Shown: piece by piece, positions 1-12,063 of the stretch
Layout of the letters: each line of letters begins with the position of its first letter
How positions within the stretch are numbered: position 1 is the stretch's first letter
Assembly: GCA_025603075.1 (NCBI GenBank)
Contig: MU626471.1
Coordinates: forward strand, 1 to 32,376
DNA from: Neoconidiobolus thromboides FSU 785
Lineage: Eukaryota; Fungi; Entomophthoromycota
Reading direction: 5' to 3'
Length of the DNA: 32,376 nt
The notes under the pieces: generated by a model
The model's database searches: none
What the model was told of the DNA's origin: nothing
The model's input: the letters and a program-made list of their open reading frames with translations, nothing else
Program-made: the position numbers and the translations under genes

Positions 1-20
1 TATTTTTATATTTGTATTAG

Positions 21-734
21 AGGTTTTAAAGTTATTGCACGTGGAAATACAGGCCATGCTTCTCAATTTATCTCGGACCTTGCTACTGATAAGATGGTAA
101 ATTATATTGACAATTGAAGATTTCCCTAAATTATAATCCTAGACTATTTTTCAAGCCAAAATGAGACTTTACCGTTATCAAGAAGAGAGGAAAATGAAAC
201 ATAAGAAATTAGAGCTTGGTGATGTTACAACTGTAAACCTTGATATGATGAAATCAGGCACTGCTATCAATGTAGTACCCGATATGGTTGAAGCTTGGTA
301 TGATGTACGAGCTAATCCTAAAGTAAATTTGAAAGAATTACAAGCCAAGTTTGAGACCTTTGCTAAAGAAGCCAATGTAACTTATGAACAAATTTCAAAA
401 GATGAACCACATTCTACTGTATTGGAAGGAAATCCATTCTGGGAAAATTTGAAGAAAAAAGGAGAAGAATTGTAAAATTTATCTAACGTATTATCCTCTA
501 AGCTAACTTATTAATAGCGGCCTCCCTTTAAGCCCAGCTATATTTCCTGCCGCTACTGATTCACGCCATTTAAGAGTACATGGGGTTAATGCGATTGGCT
601 TGACTCCAATTAATAATCACCCAGTTTTAGCACATGCAAATGATGAATATATCCGTATTGATTCATTCCTTAAAGGTATCGACTTTTATATTCATTGTTT
701 ACCTTCGTTGTTTCAACTGCCTGAATCTTTATAA
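21..734 (+). CDS. ACY1: Aminoacylase-1-like M20A metallopeptidase, 3' portion (5' part lies outside the window); visible exons about 21-96, 143-471, 518-734
   Basis: Spliced translation gives KVIARGNTGHASQF...DVTTVNL...INVVP...DVR...IFPAATDSRHLR...IGLTPINNHPVLAHANDEY..., matching ACY1 motifs (GHGS, TTVNL, FPAATDSR, terminal Zn-ligand His). GT-AG introns 97-142 and 472-517 keep the frame; stop TAA at 732-734. Confidence 0.88.
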
Positions 735-1129
735 AGGGTTAGTTGACCTTAAAATCTGAGTTTAAATAAAGTTTAATAGTATAATTAACCGATTATGTAT
801 ATCAATTATATTTTTTACTTTCTTCAAGTTTATTTATATAATTTTATCTGCATAATATAATGATAAGTGTTATAAAGGATAGTTGTATTTTCTTACATAA
901 CCTTATTTGTGCATATAATTTTATATGACCCTTTCCAAAATATAACCTATTTTTACAATACAAAAATAAATTTGTGTTAATTGATAAATTTTTCAAAGAG
1001 TAGATGAATAACTTGAAGCGTATTTAGTGCCCCTTTGAGACTTACTACTAAACTTTTACTTTCATGAAAAAATAAAATGTTAAAAAATACTGGCTTTTCT
1101 ATGATAGTTTAATTAAATTCATCTTAAGC

Positions 1130-3247
1130 TTACTCGACGTAGTATTCACAAATATCTGTCAAATCATAAATCAAATCCTCATCTATCCCGAACATGTTGT
1201 TTTCCTTGGCAAGTTTTTTCAAAACGGATCGACTTTCATGGCTCTTAAGCTTATTTAATATCGCATTCGACATATTGAAAGTTGAAGTTGAAGTTTGCAA
1301 CTTAGACGTGCATGTAAGTGAAGGAACTAAAAATATTAATAAAACTAAATATTGTTGAATTTTTTACTTGTTTTTGGCTTATTTTCATCTTTGATTCTAA
1401 TATTCATAAATACAAGAAAACTGCATTATTAAACAAAAACTACCTGTAAGATTCTAACCAAGAATTCTGAGATAATGGCGAACTGTAAACATTACTGAAA
1501 TTATGTTAGAGACATTATTTTGAAAATCACTATCACTTTAGAAATCATGACTGTTATAAAAAACATATTACCAAATAAAAGGAAATCTTGATCCACATGG
1601 CTGTTCTGTATAAACTCTAAAAAAATATTTAAAAAAACACAGAAACGAAGAATATCATATACCTATCAGTAAGTATAGATTTCGATAAATTCTCAACCCC
1701 ACTAGCAGTTACAACTTGTCCAAAAACCTTAAGTCATAAATAATTGAGATTATTAAATAGATAAGAGCCTACTTCATTATTACTATTTTTGACTATTGAA
1801 GAAAGATTATTTAAAGTTGAAAGCTTTGGTGTACAATCTTTTTCAATTGATAGATCAAGGTAGAGCTCACTAATATAAGTGTTACCGCGAGAGTTAAGCG
1901 TGTTTAAACAGTCGGTTAGATTTGAGTACAACGATTTCGACCTTTAACATTATTATTTAGAATTAGCACTTTTTTTAAAATATACTTGATGCTTGACAGC
2001 GCTGCATTGATTCCAGATGACAGTATTGAACTTGAACCCCAAACTCTATCATTCACCTTAACTAACATTAAAATGCCATTCAAAAATAAAAAATCAGCTT
2101 ACACTTAAGGAATCATAATTTTTTAAATTATTTGATGTGTTAGAAGGATATAACGGAATAAAAGTCCAGTTATATTTAGTAGCATCGATCATAGAAAAAG
2201 CCGAATTTATTTCCTTATATATGTTTGTCTAAAAATATATAAAGTAGAAAAATACTTTATGAATTTTGTACCTTTTTCTCAAAACTTTCACAAGGTTTGA
2301 ATGATCCAAATACAACAATAGACTTTTTATTATAATCATCTTGTATTTGTTGAAGATAAGCAGAAGTAAATCCAGAAAATCCATTGAATATATCTGAAAA
2401 AACTTGGAATCCCTGAAAGTCAAACCATCAATATTAATTTCAAATAGCTATAAAGTTATTACTTGGAGCTCATCACACTCTTCTGCAAAATATCTCAATT
2501 TTTCATCTATCGAATCTGTCTCCTGGATAATATTTAATATCAACCTATTTATACAAGAAAGAACACACCTTTTCAAATTCTTCAAAGGCTTTTGCTCCAT
2601 CAAAAAAACTATCAAAAGGATTAAGTTGATCATCCATATTCACCTTATTTAACATATTAGATGATCTTTCATTATAAGTAATGGAATCATTATCAGACCA
2701 AGAGAAATTTGATTCTTTCTAAGGAAATAAATTCAAAGTATATTAAGCTAAATAAAAAGTACCCTTTGAACATTCTCTAACTGTAGTTGTGGCTCTTGGC
2801 CCCTTATTTTCGTAAACTTTAAATTAAATCAACAAATTAATTAAAAGTTAATATACCATAAATCTCTATTAAAAATTCCACCACCTTGTTGAAAATCTTG
2901 GCTTCCGTTCAATGCAATGTCATAAGAGCCTTTATTATATTATGAGCCTTGCTTGATTCATGTAAATATCTAATACCTTTAAAATCAAAAATCATACATC
3001 TAGGCTATTTAAAAATTATTTTTAAACTCATTGTAAAATCAAACTTTTTACCTCTTTTTCTTTGTTACTCCTAAATAAAGCCTCGTCATTGAATTCTTCA
3101 GTAAATCCATTCCTCTTTTTTATTTAAAATTAAATACATTTTGAAATTAAATACTTGTCTAAAGTTAAAAATTACTTGTTGAGACCAATATTGGCTTCCG
3201 ATAAAATTGGAATAGTGTCCAAACTGCAAAGTGATTAATTCTTTCAT
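1130..3247 (-). CDS. DML1: Misato/DML1 tubulin-like protein (mitochondrial distribution/inheritance), about 12-13 exons
   Basis: ATG at 3247 gives MKELITLQFGHYSNFIGSQYW (Misato segment-II N-terminus). Later exons read PRCMIFDFKG, WSD, LRYFAEECDELQ|GFQVFSDIFNGFSGF, WGSSSILSSGI, LNSRGNTYISEL, VFGQVV and SRFPFI; the last exon ends EDLIYDLTDICEYYVE* at 1130. ORFs 2448-2633 and 1734-1931 are exon fragments. Internal boundaries at 1330-1620 are uncertain. Confidence 0.85.
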
Positions 3248-3544
3248 CTCGTTATGCTCTATCTTAAAAAATTGCTCTCTCCTCTTTTAAAGTAATAGGG
3301 TTAGGTGAATAACTTTTAGTTGAAATAATCTGATTACTCAAATCCTTTTTCTATTAATCCCGCTAACTTGTTGGCTATTAGTTAATTGCTACTATGTATG
3401 ACTATTTAGTCTTTTGTTCTAATTATTTAATTCGCACCACTATGAATTCTTAATAAATTAACATATACCCTTATGTAAAATAGCCTCGTGACGTAGTTTT
3501 TGAAAATAAAAACGAAAAAAAGCAAGAAACGATTTTTATTTCCA

Positions 3545-4387
3545 ATGTTAGCAAAAAATTTAGCCAAGATCAACCCAAAAACCTCAGCCTTTTTAGTTTG
3601 TGATATTCAAGAAAGGTTCCGCTCTACCATCTTTGGTTACCAAGGCGTTATCAATACAGCAAAAAAACTGGTAAATTTAGTTATTATAACCATATCATCG
3701 TAACTTATAGTTTATGTAGGTTTCTGCTGCCGAGATCCTTGAAAGCCCAGTTATTGTAACTGAACAGGTAAATAAATTTGAATATGGATTTCCTTTCTTA
3801 CGAATATTATTTTAGTATCCTAAAGGTAATACAGGTCGCTTAAACAATCACACATCCTTTAATTAGTAATAGCTTTAGGAAATACCGTTAAAGAATTAGA
3901 TGTATCGAAAGCTCGCTTAATCCAAGCAAAAACAAAATTTTCAATGGTTACTCCAGAAGTTCTTGAGCAATTAAAAGGCATTGAATCTGTCATAATTTTT
4001 GGTATTGAGGTAAGTAAATTATTATGAATATTATTAATGAAAAATTAATAGTTTTAGTCCCATGTGTGTGTATTACAAAGCTGTTTAGATTTATTAAGAA
4101 AAGATTTTGATGTTCGAGTAATTGCGGATGGAGTTTCATCTAGTAATAAATTTGAAATTCCTATAGCACTTCAAGTAAGCATTATTTAGTTTATACTATT
4201 TCATTAATCTTTTAAAAAGCGTATGCGTTCGGCTGGGGCTGTTATTACAACATCTGAAAGTATTTTATTTGAATTAATGGGTGATGCTAAAGAACCTAAA
4301 TTTAAAGCAATCTCTAATCTAGTTAAAGAATACCAAGAAGTTTCAAAAAGTAATCCACTTGTTACTAATTTTACTTCTAGCTTGTAA
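3545..4387 (+). CDS. Isochorismatase-family hydrolase (ISOC1/ISOC2/YcaC-like), multi-exon, including a 10-nt microexon at 3816-3825
   Basis: [26 protein letters not shown]...VTEQ|YPK|ALGNTV...KTKFSM...GIE|SHVCVLQS...VIADGVSS...[20 protein letters not shown]; catalytic D, K and C positions present; all introns GT-AG; ends TSSL* at 4385-4387. Confidence 0.88.
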
Positions 4388-4679
4388 TTTAGGTATTGTT
4401 GTTAAGGATACTTCCTTTCTTCATTATTAGTGGTACACATTACATTAACATTTCTAAATAAACAGCATTTACGAGTATATGGCACTACTAACCATTCATT
4501 TTATACATATTTTCATCATGATGTTAAGAAATTTAGACAGTTAAATAAATACAATAAACTAATGGCAAAATGTTATATAGATTTAGGAACAGTAAAGGGA
4601 ATAATATTTATAAATAAATGTACAGATTTTAATAAAACATAATCAAATTATTTTGAAGCGTCTATTTTTGTTATAATAT

Positions 4680-4740
4680 CTTGACCATTTTTAGCACAAT
4701 TAAATTCATAGTAAAATCCTTACATATAATAGACATCCCC
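4680..4740 (-). mobile_element. Degraded, truncated MITE copy (reverse orientation)
   Basis: Ends ...AGACATCCCC|ATAT. Its reverse complement (GGGGATGTCTATTATATGTAAGGATTTTAC...GTGCTAAAAATGG) resembles the left end and core of the MITE family, with an internal deletion. Confidence 0.5.
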
Positions 4741-4877
4741 ATATGAAAGGCAAAAATACTATCGATATTGGCATTTGTTTATTCTCATTTATAGCTTCTA
4801 CTAACATATTTACTTTGTTCAAGGTACAAAATGTTATTTTAGAAATGAATTTAGAAATTAAAGCTGATGCAAAATAT

Positions 4878-4972
4878 GGGGATGTTTTTTTTAACTTTAT
4901 TACAATCTTTCCACTCAATAGTGCTTAAAAATGGAAAAAGTAATGAAATTCTTAAACAAAAAAACACATCCC
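4878..4972 (+). mobile_element. MITE copy with an aberrant right end
   Basis: ATAT|GGGGATGTTTTTTT...TTTCCACTCAATAGTGCTTAAAAATGGAAAAAGTAATGAA...ACATCCC; family core present. Confidence 0.75.
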
Positions 4973-5230
4973 TACTATCGTTATTTATTATTTTAAATAG
5001 AAGATAAATTATTTGAATTTTCAATTACTTCTGTTACAGCAGTTATTTTATTTAACAGTAACAATTTAATATATAAAGCTATAAAGCTTTTAGAATGTAT
5101 AAAGTTAGCAAAATAAAATTTATTAACTTATAACCAACTCTCTATCCCTGTTTTTTACATACCACAGTTAAAGTTGCAACTTAAACTTCTTATGATGTGA
5201 TTTTAAAGGTGACTCTATAATTAACTATAT

Positions 5231-5324
5231 AGGGATGTATTTGTGTTTAAGGATACTAATAGTTTCTCCGCCTAAATAGCGCTTAAAAGATAGAAAAAAT
5301 AATGAACCCAAAGAAAACACCCCC
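5231..5324 (+). mobile_element. MITE copy
   Basis: ATAT|AGGGATGTATTTGTGTTTAAG...CCGCCTAAATAGCGCTTAAAAGATAGAAAAAATAATGAA...CACCCCC|ATTT. Confidence 0.75.
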
Positions 5325-6971
5325 ATTTACAATTAAAAATGAACAATTTAACTTACTTAATTTCAAAATCTAACCTAATGAAACACCGAATTTCTTATAA
5401 TAACCATTTAAACTTAAATTTATTTTAAATACAAATTTATATAAGACTAAATCTAAATAAATTCTAGTTGTATTCTGTTTAATTTTACTAAACCTTTATA
5501 TCTAATCTTTATTCCTAATCAAACGTTTTAACAATTTTTTATTAAATATTAGTGATAAAGAACTTTATATTTATTATTTTAACGTATCTGATGAAGTTTT
5601 ATATTGAGTATATATTGACATTTAATATTGATATGTAGTAGGATTTATCAAATAAAAGCTAGACTATTTAAAGTATAAATGCCCACATTGAGGTTTTTAA
5701 GAAGTGTTTATTATCTAATATTAAAAGTGTGTCTATCTAATAGTTCATATGACATATAAACAATAATCAAACATAAAATTAGATAAGTTTTATCAATTTG
5801 ACTTTTATAACTTAAAATGGTAACGTATTTAATCTTATCTATTATTTGTAATATTGTTTTTATCAGAAAGTCATTATGTTTTATGGTTCATTTTAGAATT
5901 TTAATGAAGATAAACACAACCAAAATTAATAGTAACTAAAGGTTTAAATATTTTTATTAAAACTCCTATCAAGGAAATAAATATAATGAATTAAATGTTA
6001 TAGAATCTTATTTCAAGTTTATTTGGTATAATTAACTTAATAGAGTAATCTATATCTCCACACAAATATCTGGGCCATTTATAAAAATTAATGAAAAAAA
6101 GGCTTGAATTGGAACTTCCAATCGCATCATATGGACTTACCATATGCTTTCATCTTATTTAATTAACTGTTAATAGAAGTCATGCATTTAAAGATCAAGT
6201 AATTAAATAAAAATAATCAATTTGATATCTATTTATTGTTTGAAATGATAAGTTATTCTAAATTTATAAAAATATCAAGTTTATAACAAGTTGTTATTTA
6301 TCCCTATTATCCCTATCAAAATGAACAATTTGAACAATTTGAAACAATGGCAATTTTTGTCTGGACAACCAGCATTAAGGATCAAATCTTTTGTTCAACT
6401 TACTATTAAGATTAAAACTAGATTTGGTTTCTAAGATTAAATCAAGGGACCTTCCTTCTTTGATATTATAGCAATAAAGAGTGTAAACAAACATTAACAC
6501 CTCTAAAGTATCTTTATATGTAGTGGTAATTGTTATTTTTATTATAAAAGTTTAGCTACGAGCGTGACGACGCTTTACGTAGCTAAAATAATGATTAATT
6601 GATATTTTGATTGATTAGTATGATTAATAACAAAGTAGAACAAAAAATGAGTATATTAAAAATTATAATAAAGCTATTGAAACAAAATATTGTATAAAAA
6701 TCATCACATAATAATTTTAATAGCTTAAATATTATAAATGGATCATTTTTCTAAGCTATATAGATTAATTAACAATGTGATAAACGCGATAACATATCAA
6801 AATGTGTTAGTAATAAGTCACTAAGGAGCTAAGGTAAACAAATAGGTATTAATGTTGGTAAACGAGTGCCTCATAAATAAAAAATAAGATTAAGCAAATA
6901 GGCAATAAAAAAACAGTTTAGTTGTTGCAAAGGGGGCTACGTACTAGAAAAAATTAATATTTTATATTAAA

Positions 6972-8006
6972 TTATAATAAATAATCATTACTTCTTGTAA
7001 ACTCTTGAACTTTTTTAGGTAAATAAGCCCTAGGTTTTAATGGACGAACAATCTTCTTAGCATAGATCATCGAAAATTCTGATGCTAATATTCTCCATCC
7101 AGCTGAATTAGGACGTAGATCTCTTCCTTTACTATAATTATCAAAACGAGAATTATATAAAGTGCGCTTTTCAATAATAGTGGCGAGGTCAGAAGCGGAT
7201 AAACTCATGCAAATTCCATGTAAATCTCTCACAGTTACTTCTGGGTTGGGTGAAAATAGATTACTTGAGTTTTTTGATGATGATATACTTGCTCTTGAAG
7301 TAACGAGTTCATTAGCGTATTTTAAAAAATAAGCCTTTTCTGGATCTAAACTTGCTATAACTTTATCCCTTGCGTAATGGAGTTTAAATTCTGGTGTAAG
7401 ATGATTAAGATTCAACGAAGATTCATAACTTTTAAATGCAGCTTGATGAAATACCATGAATGGTGGTGGTGGAGAAGAAGACATGGAGTCATCATCAGCT
7501 GAGTTTTCCGTCTCAGTATCAGAGACTTCTACTACAAGGTCAGGTAATGATTGAGGAGTAATTTCAATTGACGTTGTTTCTAATGGGAATTGAAATAAAG
7601 AATACATGGTAAGTGGTATACCTGAATCTTCTTCAGTTTCAGTCTCACTGTCGCTAGTCAAAAAAGGATTGAATTCCTGTTTTAAAGCCTTTTGAACAGG
7701 TGTTGATAAAGGTGGTGAAAGTGCGCGATCCTTTGGTGAACCCATCTTTTTTACTGGATTTGGTGGTAATGATTTAGATTTTGACTTCCTTTGACATGGT
7801 GGAATTTGTTTTGGAAGATGAGGCTGTTTGATCTTTTTAGTTGGTATTATACTTGATAGCTTTGGCTTTTCTATTGTTTTCGAAGCAGCGGCAGCATTAA
7901 GCTTTGGAAAATATTCTGAATATAGTTGACATTCTACTGCAACAAGGTCATCAACAACCTTAGATGCATCGTCAAAAAACCTTCCCATATTGCTAAAATG
8001 ATTCAT
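6972..8006 (-). CDS. Intronless hypothetical protein (344 aa from the ATG at 8006); low-complexity S/P/E-rich middle and an ordered C-terminal block
   Basis: An uninterrupted ORF of over 1 kb in very AT-rich DNA is unlikely by chance, and GC is visibly raised. The ORF track starts at TTG 8057, but the first ATG (preceded by AAA) is at 8006. No family recognised. Confidence 0.75.
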   Translation of the reverse strand: MNHFSNMGRFFDDASKVVDDLVAVECQLYSEYFPKLNAAAASKTIEKPKLSSIIPTKKIKQPHLPKQIPPCQRKSKSKSLPPNPVKKMGSPKDRALSPPLSTPVQKALKQEFNPFLTSDSETETEEDSGIPLTMYSLFQFPLETTSIEITPQSLPDLVVEVSDTETENSADDDSMSSSPPPPFMVFHQAAFKSYESSLNLNHLTPEFKLHYARDKVIASLDPEKAYFLKYANELVTSRASISSSKNSSNLFSPNPEVTVRDLHGICMSLSASDLATIIEKRTLYNSRFDNYSKGRDLRPNSAGWRILASEFSMIYAKKIVRPLKPRAYLPKKVQEFTRSNDYLL

Positions 8007-8224
8007 TTTATTATTTGTATACGCTTTATAATTGGAATTGTTGAAAAAAAATAACAAAATTTAAAAATGATGAAATATTCAATTTTTGAAAAATCGGAAT
8101 AAGAGAGTAAAATTTGGCTAAACTTTACTTTGCTCATCCTTATATATTGTATCAAACTTACTAAGAATTTTCAGATGCGTAGGTTTTTCTATTTAAAGTC
8201 AGCCACAAATGGAAAGTCCTGTAT

Positions 8225-8618
8225 CCAATTTAAGCGCTTATTATTGGCTGTAATAGTTTGACTCATTATTAGAAGCCAATCAAGCTAAATTTAAATTAAT
8301 GAGATGATAAATTTTGGAAAACACCGTTTAGCTACTTTCTAATTAATTGAAGGCCAATAAACCTTATCATTCTAGATGTAACTTGAAGATCATTTGTTTG
8401 AAAAGGTGTTTATTCAGTTAAATCTTTTTAAAGAGACGATTTGAGCTAACCAAATCCAGGCCTATTAATTGTAAGGTTATTCCATTTTAATTAAATTAAT
8501 TCTTGAGGTATGACATAATCTTTAATCAAAAAAAGGGTTTTGTGCGCCTTGAGTCAAGCACTAAACACAAGTGCAATAAATTACTATTTAAAAGTAAAGA
8601 TCTAAGCTATCAGCCAAT
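8225..8618. promoter_or_regulatory. Cluster of five CCAAT boxes upstream of the hypothetical gene
   Basis: CCAAT/ATTGG at 8225, 8243, 8276, 8354 and 8614, several in GCCAAT context (NF-Y/HAP consensus). Confidence 0.35.
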
Positions 8619-9637
8619 GGCTGTACTACTAAAATAATAGGTAGTTTTGTTAGTGAACAACTACATCTTTGTGTGGTTAACTTTATTTTTTTAAATTGCA
8701 TGTAAATACTACTTAAATTACAACCACCTTGAAGTTATAAATAAAATTAAAATTGCTTAGTTTCTATTATCATGATATTAAAACGGTATAACTATTTGGC
8801 CTTAACTTATACCGCATTTAAAATACTCAATTTTTAGTAACTGCTATTCAACTATACCCCTAAATTACAGTTGTATCACAAATCATCTTAATCAAAGGCT
8901 CAAGATTAAGGGGGACACAAGATAATACCAATCTTAGAATAAGATGCTAGAAAAATAGCAAGACGAGAATAACTCTTCAAAAAAGTTTAACGTACTTGGC
9001 TTTTAGGCGCTTATAAATTATATAAACTAGAATACAAAAGCTCAAGCATTATTAATATTTAATATGAAGCTAAAAATAAATTTGTAAATTCAAGATGAAA
9101 TTGTTCATTCTAGTAACAAATCATTTATAAATTTGCCATATATCCTAATATCTGTCAATAAAAAACTTATGTCTAGAAGTAAAGCTACGTTTACTCATTA
9201 CATTATTACTTATTTGAATAGTAAAGCTATATAATGCTAATAATACTAACAAATATTAAATTAAATTATATGTACCTTATTTTTAGAAATTTAAAACTAA
9301 ACTAGAGCTCATTCACTAAAATCAACTATAAGAATATATTTTTTAAATAAAGTAAAAATAAGAAAAAGAAAAATGCGATTAAAAGAGAAAACTTTCAAAC
9401 AATCTATTTTCAATAATAGTATCATAAATTATTTTATTTTATTTTATTTAATAAAATAAAAATAAAAGTAACTAAAATGCTACTCGGAATTCGGTAATTC
9501 TAGTTTATCGTATTTCCACTGGTTTCATCTAGATTCACATAGTTTCTTAGCTTCTTTTATTCTTTTGCCACTTAAAAGTATGACAAAGAGGCATTTAAAG
9601 GCGGGAATTTTACAAAAAAATAGATTATAGAATTTAA

Positions 9638-9684
9638 AAATTAGGATATAAAGTTATAAATTAGGATGTAAAGTTATAAATTAG
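9638..9684 (+). repeat. Short tandem repeat, 20-bp unit AAATTAGGAT(A/G)TAAAGTTAT, about 2.3 copies
   Basis: Read directly: aaattaggatataaagttat / aaattaggatgtaaagttat / aaattag. Confidence 0.8.
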
Positions 9685-12063
9685 ATTATGTCTATTTATT
9701 ACTCATTATTACTATTAATTGGATAGTAAATTTATAACTATGTTTTCGCAATCTATTACTTTTAAAACCTCAATTGACTATATCTTATAATTCAAGCTAC
9801 CACTTAAACAATTAGTAAAAGTATGTTTACATATTATGAAAATATACATTTAAAATTGTTAAATTTAAGCTTTGCAAAAATTATGAGATATTGTAAATAT
9901 TATAAAGGATTAGCTCTAAATATTTTAGTAAAAACTATTATTATTTTATTTTACTAAATACTTTAGCTGAAAAAAAATTGAACCTATTTTAGTGTTCAAT
10001 ATCTATTAATAAATATTTAGGTTAATCAAAAATCAGATTACTTGTTTTTGCAAGTTTACTTGAAAATAAACAGATTAAATAGTTATCTGATATTTCCTTC
10101 ACACAATATTAGCAATTAATCTATAATACTGTATTTAATTAAGGTGATTATGTAAAATATTAATAACCTTATTTTTTAGGCTATATCAAGCACTGTTTTA
10201 AAATACAATAAATTATTATAGACAATTTATATTAAAATGCAGACTGCTTTATTAATAAAGTTAGTTATTATGAAGCGCAAAAAGTAAGCTATATTGATCT
10301 CAATTTTTTGAAACTTCATTATAAGAAAAACCTTAATTACATAAAAATATTTTAAATAGATTATGTTGTTATTATGGTTGATATGTATTATAATTAGAAT
10401 AGATAATATCTTCATTTATGAATGTTCAGGAAGCCATAATTTTTATGAAGAACCAGGTTATAGACAAATATCACACGATCAATAACTTTAAGTCAGGCTT
10501 ATATCAGTTGATTTTGTAATATTTATATAACTAATCGTTCCTGGGAAACAGCTCAAATAAATTAAATTGAACAAAAATAGTATAAATAATTTTATTTTAT
10601 AATATTATAAAAACATTATCATAGAACGTATATTCTGCCCAGGCTAAATTTATGCAAAATGTTACAACTTTACTATATCATTTTATTTTGTATATTGCAA
10701 CATAATAAAGAGGAGAACTATAAAACTCAAAAATAAAATGAGTTTGTATAAAGTTTTTTATTTCTATATATGTCTTAAATTTATTATAGCTAAAATATTA
10801 TAACAACAATTTATCAAAAAATCATATAGTAATATCTATCGTATACTCTCAAATGATAAATTACTTAAAGTAGTAATATTTTCTTAGAATTTAATAAAAT
10901 TACCTTGGTTATATTTCTAAGATTTATTTATGTAGTTTATTGTATATATTATAAATAAAATAACACTAAGCTTCATGATAATCAAAATACTTGTATTCAA
11001 TAGATGATTAGTTTTAAATGGAAGCATTGATAAAACCCCAAGTTTGAATCATAAGAAATATAAACTATTAATAGTTTATTTACAAGCGATTCATTTTTTT
11101 ACTGTCATAAATCTAATATTTATTAAGCTTTATATTAAAAATGTCTAATTTATAGTATATATATCAAACTTTATGTATGTATGTATATCATGCCTGTAGT
11201 TATATTATTCTAAAAAACTCGAATTGATATATTAATTACTTTTATGTAGTTAACCATGTGTAAAGTTTATTTAATAGTATTAGCATTGTATGGTTTTTAG
11301 AGTTTAATACTTTATTGTTAAACTCTCTATTTATTTTATTAATATGAATTTGTTTTCTATTTAGTATGATAATATAATATTTAGTAACAAAATGATAGAT
11401 TATGAACTTCATAAAAGCTTTTAAAACATTATTTTGTGTTTGCGTACATGAAACCTCTAAAATATTTAGCCTTATTATTTAACTTAAAAAAACAAATATC
11501 AAAATGTAATTTAATATAACTATTAGCTATACATTTTAAGTTACATTAAAAATTTTACATAATGACTTGTTTCAATATTTGGTCATTAGTTTTTCCAAAT
11601 TTTTGTTAGCAATAAATAGACAAATAAATGAAATTGAAAAAGACATTACCACATATATTCATTTTAAACTATAATAAATTATTTTTATAGTGTAGCATTA
11701 AAAGAGTTATCTTATCGATTTGGCTTTTCGCTTATCCTATTTATTAACAATATAATATATTTTCTTTTTAAACACTGTAATAAACCCTTATCACATTGAT
11801 ATATTAGTAATTTATCTAATATACTTTTAATTAAAATCAATTACCACTATTAAAAGAAAGGTTTTAACAATTGATTAACAAGTTTTCTTTAGATCTGCTG
11901 GTGAGTTAAATTAAAGGTTTATAGCAGCCACTGAATAAATGAAATTGAAGGTTATTAAAAGTAGATAATAAGACTCAGAATTAAAACTGGTATCACTTAA
12001 CACTATTATCGATATTGTATTATCATTTGAATTACTTATTACTTTAGCTTTAACAAAAATAAT

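Noticed and set aside
3815-3872. GTATCCT at 3815 with a downstream ATCCTTTAAT, resembling a second U12 (GT-AG) intron
   Set aside because: The G is the last base of the upstream AG acceptor and TATCCTAAAG is needed as coding sequence (YPK); ordinary U2 introns explain both sides.
9429-9467. (TTTTA)n/(TAAAA)n palindrome
   Set aside because: Low-complexity AT sequence with no further structure.
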